Assembly: GCA_964016885.1 (NCBI GenBank)
Contig: OZ024746.1
Span: forward strand, 10,416,001 to 10,480,000
Reading direction: 5' to 3'
DNA from: Eledone cirrhosa
Taxonomy: Eukaryota
DNA: 64,000 bases
The position numbers were made by a program, and so were the translations under genes. This document shows, in pieces, positions 53,143-64,000 of the stretch. Under the pieces are notes generated by a model. It saw nothing but the letters and a program-made list of their open reading frames with translations. It did no database searches and was not told the origin of the DNA. Every line of letters starts with the position of its first letter. The stretch's first letter is position 1.

Positions 53143-54490
53143 CAGGGTTTGACATAATCAACTAAAAGACTTTTAAGGCAGTGCCCCAGCATGGCTGCAG
53201 TCTAATGACTAAAAGCAATAAAACAATAAAAGAATTGTAAGCTTTTTTTAAAGCTGAAATATGAAAATAAAAGAAAAAAAGAGGCAAACATGTTTTTTTT
53301 TTTGGTTTTTAATATAAAATTTAAAATGTCATATTCAACTTGTTTGTTAAATATTTCTGATGCCAAAATATTTGATATATGTTGATGACCCTGTCAACAA
53401 CCTTAACAAATGGAAGAAATTGTTCCATTTATTCCACAGACAAGCTTTATGTCAATCAAACATATAACATACCAATTTCCTTTTCAATTAATTATATAGC
53501 AGCATGAAATATTTACTGTTCTCTACTTACTATCTAGAAACCTAGCCCAAAACAGTTCTAAATGAGCAAGACATGGTCACTTGACCCAACTTGCCTCTCA
53601 TGGGACAACCTGTCTAACCCATGCTAGTGTGGACAATGGATGTTAAACGATGATGTGTCCTCTTTATGTCTGTCCTAGTACTGCTACAATAGAACCAACT
53701 CTTGAATATACTATTCAGTCTATTCTAATCTCCCCTCAGCTCTCTCTTAAAATATATTCATTGCAATTAACTCGTTCCATCATCCTTGCCATGTTACACC
53801 AGCCAAACTGCACACTTCTTTTTCTCTTCTTCTTCGCCTACTTATTCCTGAGAGGGTCATGGCAGCAGAGTCGTCAAGTAGGTCCAGCAGGTCCTGTCAG
53901 AAGCAACCGTCTCCAATTGATCCGGTTGGATCCCTAAGCGAGACCAACCGACCTCATGGATGTTATCCAATCATCTTGCTCGGGGTCTACCCCTGAGTTT
54001 CCTGCCAGCTGGTTTTGCCCGTAAAATATGTTCAGCGATTCTTTCCTGAGATATTCTAACCACGTCAGAGCAGTTCTGCTAGAGAACAGGTCGCAGGTGT
54101 TGGATAGCAATATGGTCACCAGATACGATGGTTAGTTGTGATATAAGCTGGCAGCTGCCGGACTAATAAGCAACCTTGGACCAACAATTGTGTTATAGAC
54201 TGGCACAGTGTTTTAGCTAGGTTGGTGATTTGTTCTTTCTAGTTTTGCATTCTAAGAGAATCAGATCATAGACATTTCCCTTCTTCAGACATAGACAAAT
54301 AATGGAACCAAATAAAAAGAAGAAAAGTATATAAATAAATAACATTTTTTGTTGAATAGATTTTATATTTTGATCTTTAAACTATAGCAAATTAAATTAT
54401 ATTTAGTTACTTTTATTTAATCTGATTAATATTTATGTTTGTGTTTACACACATATGATGTGTGTGTAGAATATCATCATCATCATCATC

Positions 54491-54523
<33 letters not shown>

Positions 54524-56054
54524 GTATGTTAATATATAATATATACATATGTATGTGTATATATACACACACGTGTGTATGAAAGAATTAATATTGATTT
54601 CTGTCATTGGCACAAAGCAACAAATTTGGTGGGGTGGGGTATATTAGGAAGAAATTATTAAAAACATTCTTAATGTTTTTTTATTTAGTTTATGTTTTTA
54701 TTTGTCTCTATTTCATTTTCCATTCTAACATGATTGAGATGAGTTTTATTGGAGCAATTGTTTTCACAGCTACTGGTTGTCTTTGTTATTGCCAACCACT
54801 CAACCACGGAGTTGCTGGAACAAGGGTCTTTTTTGTTAGTCAGACAAAGTAAAATAAGCAGTAGTATCTGAGGAAACTAGTGGTTATCTATAGTTGTAAT
54901 TAGTAAGTATAAGAGTTGAAGGGTGGATTAATAAATTGATTTGCTTAACATTTCGGACAGTCTTACCCTTCTTCAGAATTAAAAAAAAACCCATCACTTT
55001 CTGATGAAGTTTATTGCCTAAAATGTTAACACTTTCCCTTCTTCCTTATAGCAGAGTTGTTAGATTGTTGTATCAATCGTTTCATGATTGCATTTCGTAT
55101 GAAATACACTCTATTTTAATTAATTAATGAAGAATTTTGAGGGGGTTTACTAAAATTATTAATTATTTCATTACTAAGATAGTAATTTAATATATGGTTC
55201 TCATATAAAATTATGTTGGAAGATTTTAATTTAAACTGGAAACCTTTAAAATGGGTGACTTTATTTCATAGAACCAGAGCTGGTTTGGGTGGGGTGGAGT
55301 GGTGGTGGTAACTAAAGGGTTAATTGCTTGGCAGTATTTCTTCTGGCTCTCTCTTCAAATCTTGCTGAGGTCAAGTTTACCTTTCATCCCTTTGATGTTG
55401 ATAAATAAAGTACCAGTCCAGGGTGATGGATGAGCAGAATTGTTAGAACATGCTGGATGCTTTGTGATATTTTTTCCAGCTCCATTTTATGTTCAAATCC
55501 TGTTTCATATTTCTGGAAAAATAGTGACAAGAAAAAATTGGGTGTCCTCTATTATTAAACCATTTAAAGAGAACTCCTATGAGATGCAGACTTGTAAGAG
55601 GTCTGCTAAACCTATGCAAGTGTGAGTTGTAACAACAACATAGTGAATTTCTTTCTTTCTGATTTTGAACTTTTTATAAAGCAAATAAAGTTATATACTT
55701 TGTTCAAGGACAACACAATGGTGGTTGCATGTTTTAAACTTAGGACCATGTGTACTGTTAAGTCCCGTTACATTGTTTCCAAATAGGAAAGATTAAAAAG
55801 ATGAAATGTATATTTATGTTTCACATATTTATTTCTAAACAAAACTGTAAAAACTGTTTAAATATTTATAAAGTAAAGTTTTTTTTAATTATAAATATAC
55901 TTTTTATATGGGAGGTTTCAAGAACAGTAAAATAAACATAAATAAAATATTTTAGTTTCATATTTTGATAATTTTTCAATTTAATGTTTATTCACCTTTA
56001 CACTTTTCTTCTGAATTTCTTAAGAAGAAATTGTATTATGATTATATATTCAGA

Positions 56055-56290
56055 AGTGACCCATGCAGTGACTCGTTCTCTGCGTCCCACCTTGTTGCTT
56101 TGGCTACAAACCCAGGGTACACTGCTCACAGAGTGGAGGAGAGGAAGACAGTCAAATACCATAGCCTGGCCGCATTGCTGATTTCTTCCATAAAGTTGGA
56201 AAGACAGTGGCCCACTTGAGGTGGGGGTGGTTGTTGCAGCAGGTATCTCTGGCTATTCTCTGCGGTAATGTTTTTGTCTCTTTGTCCACA
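56055..56290 (+). mobile_element. Relic of the restriction-like endonuclease domain of a CRE-like retrotransposon
   Basis: CSDSFSASHL...AHRVEERKTVKYHSLA, then after a frameshift WLLQQVSLAILCGNVF. Resembles the 'TCxDTxAxS...AExRKxxKY...LxQRLSxAIxRGN' signature (from memory). Confidence 0.55.
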
Positions 56291-58772
56291 AGATGCGGCT
56301 GAGGCACCACTCTGACTGGGGTGTAGTAACTGTTCCTCCCCTCTCCTTTTTTTTCCTTGTTTGATGCTTCTTTCTTTTTCTCCTTTTCATTTTCTTCTTC
56401 CTCTTCTTCTTCCTCTTCTGTTCACTTTAACAGTATGTTTTGTCTTTATTAGATACTGCTCAATTATTGAGATTTTATGTATTGAACAAATAAAGTCTTG
56501 TCTGTAAAAAAAATACCACTATCTCTTCTTTTGAAACATACAAGCTATAAGCTAGTCTGTTAAATATATCTATATATCTCTCTCTCTATATATATATCTC
56601 ATCATCATTGTTTAACGTGTGTGTGTGTCACCTAACTTCAATAGTTATATTCTTTAACTCTTTTATTGCCATTGGTGGGGTTGTAGGTTGGGTAACAAAA
56701 TCCTACCTCCCATCTCCAGGCCAGTTTTAAGACCCAATCTTTAGCTGCCTCCTGTTATTGAATATTATCTATCTATATCTTAATTTTAATTTCATTTAAT
56801 TTAAATAGAGAGACCACTTGCTTGTTTGTTTGGATTTTAGTTAGTTTTTCTGTCAGTTAAAATTTTCTTAAGTCTGCCATAGTTTCAGTTAAGTTTACAG
56901 CTTCTATTCATATTTATTCACTCTGTTTTCTACTTCTGGCTTCTCTCTAGTAATAAAACCCTTTATCTGATTATTTAATTATACCTTTTTAATATCGCTC
57001 CAAACCTAAAATTCAGTGAAGCTGTTTTCTATTTATTTTCATCTTAAAATTGTCTCTTGTCATATGAGTTATCTTTATATAGAATCTAATATTTTATTTT
57101 CATCTTTCATACCTTGTAATTAGCCAGTAATCCCAAACAGTATTGGCTCCCCAAGCCACTCTCGATTAAATAGTTTGAAGTATGAACACATGAGGGAGGG
57201 TGAGGAAGATTTAAAGTGCCAATTACACGGGATAAGGGATAAATTCATCAAAAGCTTCTTAGTGGTGAAAAATGTTTAAGATTTTGGGATGTTGACAGCA
57301 ATGTGGTTAATGTGAAATATGAATTTGTCAAAAGAAAAAAAAATGCCCTGAACAATGAATATTTTTGGATTAAATCTTGAATCTCATGAAACTGGGTAGA
57401 ATGATCTGTATCAATCAACTAGTAGTCCATTGTAGAATGTGTGAAGCCATGTAGCCAACTGGTTAGGGTGTTGGACTCACGCTCATATGATCATGGATTC
57501 AATTCCTAGACAAATGGTGTGTTATAGTCTTGAGAAAAGCACTTCATCTCATGTTGCTTTTCATAATAGGACTGGGGCCCTTATCAGAAAAACACCTCCA
57601 AAAACCTCATATGGGAGGCAACCTCATGTAAGGCCAGCTAAACCTACATAGGTGTGAACTATAAATTTGTCATTGCAGAATTCATAAAAACTTTTGATGA
57701 AATAAGTACACTGTAAGTGGTAGTGCTGGTGCCTCAATAAAATGCATTCAGTACACCCTGTAAAGGAGTTGTACCAGTGCCATGATGAAATGCGTTCAAT
57801 ACTGCATATAGTTATGCAGTAAAGATCATCATCATCACTGTTTAACATTCATTTTCCATGCTGGCATGGGTTAGTCAAATTGTCCCCTTGAAAATTCAAG
57901 TTAGATCAAGTGACTGTGTCTTGCTCATACAGAACTGTTTCTGGCTTGATGGCCTTCCACATTTGCAGTGTAGACTGGGTGTTCACCAAAACGACCTACT
58001 GACAGGTTGGACTGGGTACTTTTTCACTGTGTCACCAGCATGGTCACATTACAGGGTGGGCCAGGTGCTTTTTGTCATGTCACCAAAACAACCACTTTAC
58101 AGGACAGGCTGGATGCTTTTTGTTGTGTCAGTGAAGATAGACAACATTAATTACATACTAATCCTAAACGAAACAGAGTGGAGTCAATGATAAAAAACTA
58201 GGTTTCAGTGGATAAAATAAAAATAAAATGTACAACTCTCACCTATTGCAGTTTAGCTGACCTTCTACAAGGTTGTATCTCAGAAAAGGTTTTTTGGTGT
58301 TTTAATGATATGGGCTCCAGTTCTATCATGAATGCAGCATGAAATGAAGTGTCCTGCTTAAGAACACAATATGCCATCTGGTTCAGGAATTGAACATACA
58401 ACCTAATTATTGTAAATCAGACACCTTAACCATTAGGCTATGGGTTGCCACTCTAGACTATTGTAGACAACTATCATATCTTACTTGGCTATTTTTATCA
58501 CATAGTTTCGTTCGGCAGTTTTTAACTACACTTATTTATACATATATTGACAAATAATATTCACCCAACTGCTAAATATATCTAAATTGTTAACTATATC
58601 TAAATATACTTTAAACAGATAGAGTGGTGTTGTACTTTGTCTGAAGCTTTGTGGAAAGTATAGAAAACAGTATTTTAGAAGGCACTGCAAATAAAATATT
58701 TCTCTACTTTAAATAGAATTTATTTTAAAATTTATTTTAAAAAATAAAAGTTCATTTAATGTGATTTGTAAC

Positions 58773-58996
58773 TTAACCCTTTAGAATTTAAATCGGCAAT
58801 ACTTGGCCAGAACTCTCTCACCTCTTTCTGTTCAAACTGGCTGTAACCAGCTGCTCATACTGATGTTAAGGTATTGTTCTCAAAATAAATATCAAAATCT
58901 AAGATTCGATATTGTGTGAGATAATTATGTGAGGTAAAGCCTTTACCACAAAAATACAATAATAAATATAAATGAATGTAAATGCTAAAGGGTTAT
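58773..58996. mobile_element. MITE family A
   Basis: TTAA|CCCTTTAGAATT ... AATGCTAAAGGG|TTAT. Confidence 0.82.
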
Positions 58997-59062
58997 AAAA
59001 AAAAAATCTTGTTTAATTTGATGGTTGATACTGCCTTGTTGAAACTATGTTGTGAATTTCAG

Positions 59063-59155
59063 GATCAATGGCAGAGAAATGCAAGCATAGATCATGTTCT
59101 GAAAAGTGTCAAAAAATATTAGATTATTTCTGTAAATTTGGAAATAGTTTTCAAA
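59063..59155 (+). CDS. Candidate exon (xSMAEKCKHRSCSEKCQKILDYFCKFGNSFQ)
   Basis: AATTTCAG| and |GTATGT; only one open frame, phase 1 to 1, compatible with the neighbouring exons. Confidence 0.6.
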
Positions 59156-61248
59156 GTATGTTCTTATAAGCCGTATCAAAAGTGCTTATACATTTTCCAC
59201 TACAAACTATTGAAATTTTGAAATTGGCTCACAAATGCCCAGCACTATCTTTGTTTGCCGTGCAAGGTTTTGAAGAGTACAGGTTGGGAACTGCTGATTA
59301 GAACTGCTAGTTTTAACATTCTAGGTTCAAATCCTGTTGTCGACTTTGCTTTTTATACCGTTGAAATTGGTTGAATAAATACCAGTCATATATTGGAGGT
59401 TAAGTCAATGAACTATATCTAAAACTCTAACAAATTATAAGAAATTATGATTTGTAAGTTATGACTTGCTTGAGAAATAACTATTTCATTCATAACATTT
59501 TTAGAAATTTTATGGTGAGAAACTGTATTGTGATATTGTTAATTCAAGCATTTGTTCAAAAGATCTAAATTATCTTATTAGGTTTTTTTAAATTATCTTT
59601 ATGTCTCCAAGCTGAAACTATATGGCTACCATGAGATCATTAAGGCCAGATATTTATCCTATTTCATAGGTGGTATTTATTACAATAAATTGTAAGCAAT
59701 CATAAAAATGCTTTCTTAACATGGAAGAAAGAAAAATACATTCAAGCTAAAACACATTTGTTTTGTCTTGTATTCACCCATTATGTTTTTGTTTTATTAT
59801 TTATGAAATTGTCAGGGTGTTGGATTTGTAGAATCGGTAGAGCGACAGACAACATGCTTGATGGCATAGTTATGCCACTTTATGATCTGAGTTCAAATCC
59901 TGCTGAGGTTAACTTTGCCTTACATTCTTACGGGGTCGATAAAATACAGTATCAGTAACACACTGGGGTTGGTAACTAAATGGTTAATGGAATTGGTCTA
60001 TTTTGTCTGTATATCTATTGTACATCATCATCATCATTTAACATCTATCTTCCATGCTAGCATGGGTACAGTTAAGGTATATTACATTGTCCATATTGAA
60101 GTTTTAGAGAAGGAATTTAAAATGACAAATAGTGATATGTGTGTGTTGTGGGAAACTCCAGTTGAGTGATCTAACCAGTTAAATTACTAACTCAACGCAC
60201 ACTCTCTCTCAAACATTAACCTACTAAAGCCATTACAATATATACACCAGAAATAGAATTTCTAAAAATTATCTACCCCCACCTTCAAAAAAAAACCCAC
60301 TCAAAACAATGGGTTTATTAATTCAAATGTTTATAGTATCTTTACCATTGGACCAGGTTGTGAAATTTTCCAGTAAACTATAAAAGAAAGACTTTAATTT
60401 TTCAAGTGATGCAGTCTTAGTGCTGTTTTGTACTTTGAATATCTTGCTACTGTGGTTTCATGCAGTACAGGGTTTCATGCCCCTCATACTTAGAAGCTAT
60501 ATTTACACAAGCATTACCTTAATATCACTTTTTTAAAACTATTGTTGTGATCTCTTTCATAAATATGACTGTTTTTAATTATTATTTTCAGTTTTTAACT
60601 TTTCCTTAACTCTTTTGGTACCCACTTAAAACTACATCTGGTTCTACAATACAAAATGAACAGTTTTGTATTGTAGTGTTTATATTGTGAAAGCAAGTGG
60701 CCTTGTGTTTAAGGTATTCAGCTCACAATGGTAAGGTTTTGAGTTTGATTCTTGGCAGTGCGTTGTGTCCTTGAGCAAGACACTTTATTTCACATTGCTC
60801 CAGTCCACTTAGCTGGCAAAAATGAGTTGTACCCATAATTCGAAGGGCCAGTCTTGTCACATGCTGAATCTCCCTGAGAACTATGTTAAGAGTATGCATG
60901 TCTATAGAATGTTCAGCCACTTGCATGTGCAGGCTGTCCCGTTGATCGGATCAACTGGAACACTCGTCATAACCAACGGAGTGCCAGTATATTTATCTAA
61001 AAAAAACTTCCATCATTAATTTTATGTAAGAACTTCATTAAGTTCCAAACACCAGCTATATAATGGAAAAGTTAGTTATGTTACTAAATTCTTCTGAATT
61101 CTTGATTATTTTCCAAATTAACATAGGCAGTGTCTTTCATTAGAAATATGGTTATGAAAGGGTTTAAAAATACACTGTCTATGATTTTTAAGCACCAATT
61201 TTATGATTCCATGATTTCTAAACATTTTTATAATTTATTCTATTTCAG

Positions 61249-61370
61249 GTTTGGAAACTGATCCATATGATGAGAAAACGTTAGCACGTAAGGTTAAACT
61301 TCTATGTCGACTTGGAAAATTTGATGCTGCTTTATCATTTGCAATACAGTGGGCAGAAATTATCCCTAAT
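61249..61370 (+). CDS. Exon encoding a TPR-like helix pair (LETDPYDEKTLARKVKLLCRLGKFDAALSFAIQWAEIIPN)
   Basis: TCTATTTCAG| and |GTAAGT; DP..K.L.RK...L..LG.F..A...P pattern typical of TPR repeats; phase 1 to 0. Confidence 0.85.
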
Positions 61371-62125
61371 GTAAGTGTTGTTTGTTGTTTTATTAATGAG
61401 GACATATGCATAAAAATTCACCTTTCTGTATTTTCTCTAGTTTTTTTGGAAAATTGTTTTCTGCCTATATTTCTTTGGTTTTATTGAAATTTAAACGGGA
61501 TACATTTTCTTTGTATATGTAGTCTAATGATTGTACATACATGGAAGAATATACATATGCTTTGATCATCATCATTGCTATTTTACATCTGCTTTTCCAT
61601 GCTTGAATGCGTTGGACTGGTAAAGACACAATAGACATTTGAATTAACAGACACATTTTTTTAAAAGATATTTTCTGCAAATTTTTAGAATGATCTATCC
61701 TCCTCCCCCTCCTTGAGAGGGTCATGGAGGAAGAGTCCTCAAACACTCCTTCCAGCAGGTTCTGTCAGAAGCAAATAATCCCCAAGCAAGACCAGTCAAG
61801 CTCATGGATGTTATCCAACCATCTTGCTCGAGGTCTACCCCAAGATCTCTTGACAGTACTGCCTGTAAAATCTATCCAGCGATTCTTTCTTTCCTGAGAC
61901 ATTTTAACCACATACCCACCCCCACCCATAGTATCGGAGCTGTTAGCTCTCAATTCGGAGAAATAGCCTGGAGTAACTCTCTGATCTCCAAGTTACGCAC
62001 TTTATCGAGTATGTTTGAGTGTGTATATTAAAAAAAGTTACAGACAGATATATAAATAAATATACAAACGCACGTGGTGGGTTATAGTGGTTTCTTCTAT
62101 TTATTTTTAACCTTTTCTTTTATAG

Positions 62126-62188
62126 AGTACAAAAGCTTCAGTAGAACTTAACAGAATCAAGAATGTAATTGTAGCATTGCAGGAACAA
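62126..62188 (+). CDS. Exon (STKASVELNRIKNVIVALQEQ)
   Basis: CTTTTCTTTTATAG| and |GTAAGT; 63 nt, phase 0 to 0. Confidence 0.82.
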
Positions 62189-62477
62189 GTAAGTTGTTGA
62201 ATCTCATTATTTTAGAAATTACAATCATTTCAACCTTTATTTCTGCTATCTTTTATTATAAATCCATATCTGCGCATAAACTGCACAGGATGTAGCTGAA
62301 GCTGTAAGAAATATGTTTGTAAACATTCACATTTATATATGTAAACATTTACATATTTATCTGTAGATTGAAAATAGGTGGTCAAAACCTTCTATAAAAA
62401 AAAGAAAAGCATGTATTCCAACAATTGTTTTTATCAGTTTAAATATGTATATATATATATATTTTCTTTTCCACCAG

Positions 62478-62694
62478 GATATTGATGATGATTATGAAGT
62501 TTATGACAACACCATGAATGCCAACTTAGAATCTCATCTCAAAAGACTCTCCCCTGAGGGGGAAGAAAGAAAGGATTCCTTTCACAGTCCCCAATCTTCA
62601 ACATTATGTTTACCCACTGGAGATGGAAATAGATTATTGGATTCTACTAACAATGTTTCCACAAATTCCCATCTTTCCTATAACCATGCAGAAG
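62478..62694 (+). CDS. Exon encoding an acidic/Ser-rich linker (DIDDDYEVYDN...SYNHAE)
   Basis: TTTTCCACCAG| and |GTAAAA; open frame, phase 0 to 1. The gene likely continues downstream. Confidence 0.82.
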
Positions 62695-62894
62695 GTAAAA
62701 TGATAACTGATTAAATAATATTGTTTTATGTCCATGTTGTTAAGGAGTTTGTTTCACAGCCACATGGTTTCAGGTTCAGTTCCATTGTGTGCTACCTTGG
62801 GCAAGTGTCTTCTACTATAGCCTCAAGTTGAGCAATGTCTAATAAGAGAAATTTGGTAGATGGAAACTATGTAAAAGTCTGTCATCTTCTATTT

Positions 62895-63039
62895 CTTTGT
62901 CTCTCTCTCTCTCTCTCATTCTATCTTCTGATGAAGGATTAACATCTGAATTGTTAAGATACTTTTCCTACTATACAAGCATTAAACTAATATATATCAT
63001 CATTGTACTGTATTCTTCCATGCTGTTTTTCTTTGTTGA

Positions 63040-63095
<56 letters not shown>

Positions 63096-63265
63096 AAAAA
63101 CATTGTTTTAGTACCTTCCTCTTCTTACTCTATATCTTTCTATTTCATCTTTTTATTTCTCATTCTGTCTTCTGATGAAGGACTAGCATCCGAAATGTAA
63201 AAACTCTTTTTCTACTATATAAAGCATTAAACTAATATATTTCTTCATTGTACTGTGTTGTTTGT
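62895..63265 (+). mobile_element. Tandem Penelope-like repeats (244-bp period), each with a minimal hammerhead-like motif
   Basis: CTGATGAAGGA...TCTGAATTGTTA at 62928 and CTGATGAAGGACTAGCATCCGAAATGTA at 63172, each followed by CTACTATA..AAGCATTAAACTAATATAT. Confidence 0.65.
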
Positions 63266-63724
63266 TGTTTGCCAAATATCAAATACATTTTTTCCTGATC
63301 CTTCACTTGTACTGTATAAACAGTTGGTACTGTATAGCAATGGTCATCATCATCATCTCTGTTTAATGTCCATTTCCACGCTAGTATGTGAGATAAATCA
63401 GATCAAGTGACCGTGTCTTGGTCATACAGAATCGTTTCTGGCTAGGATTCTATAGTTGGATGCCCTTCCTAACATCAACCACATTTACAGTGTGGACTGG
63501 GTGCTTTTTATTGTGGCACCAAAATGACCAACTTTCAGGTTGAACTGGGTAGAATTCTGTCTCTCTCCACCTCATCTTATCTTTATATAGCTCCTTCAAA
63601 TCAAATACGTTTATTTATAACCCTTTAAATGTACTGTATAAACAGTTGGTACTAATACTGTAAAGAAATGGTCCTAGGTAGAATTCTTTGTGACCCCCCA
63701 AATCATCATCATCAGCACCACTGT

Positions 63725-63940
63725 TTAACCCTTTAGCATTCACATTACTCTATATATACTATTATAATTTCTCAGTAAACACTTTATCTCACATAATATC
63801 GAATCTATGAGATTTTGGTATTATTTATTTCGAGAACAATACCTTATCATCATTATGAGTGGCCAGTTACAGCCAGTTTGAAAAGAAAGAGGTGAGAGAA
63901 TTCTGGCTGGATATGGCTGGTATAAATGCTAAAGGGTTAA
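63725..63940. mobile_element. MITE family A inserted at the TTAA of an RTE tail
   Basis: CATCATC...CTGT|TTAA CCCTTTAGCATT ... AATGCTAAAGGG TTAA|TGTCC...GCTAGCATGGG. Confidence 0.88.
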
Positions 63941-64000
63941 TGTCCATTTTTCTATGCTAGCATGGGCAATTCCTTCAGCCCAAATGGATTTTTTCATGAC

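Overview
AT-rich, repeat-dense eukaryotic DNA. The SINE types, (CAT)n-tailed RTE LINEs and giant TA microsatellites point to a coleoid cephalopod, probably Octopus; this is inferred, not verified. The window is mostly intronic or intergenic, and small + strand exons between about 45.4 and 62.7 kb splice in frame into the N-terminal part of a TPR-like protein that I could not identify. Mobile elements include one intact RTE LINE (APE + RT with a PHD-type finger inside the RT) and many truncated copies, at least three TTAA-flanked piggyBac-like MITE families, mariner-like MITEs, tRNA-derived SINEs, a non-autonomous Helitron, and Tx1-like, CRE-like and Penelope-like relics. Tandem repeats include a 43-bp satellite (about 3.7 kb), a 23-bp satellite (about 4.2 kb) and about 6 kb of (TA)n. 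The most striking unannotated signal is a pair of roughly 200-nt islands within the TA arrays. Each folds by eye into a type-I hammerhead ribozyme with a very long stem II and a palindromic stem III (14156-14310 on -, 19248-19328 on +), and the two face outward from a 4.9-kb TA array. Further degenerate or minimal hammerheads occur in the Penelope-like repeats. All folds, alignments and family names were assigned by eye, without tools.
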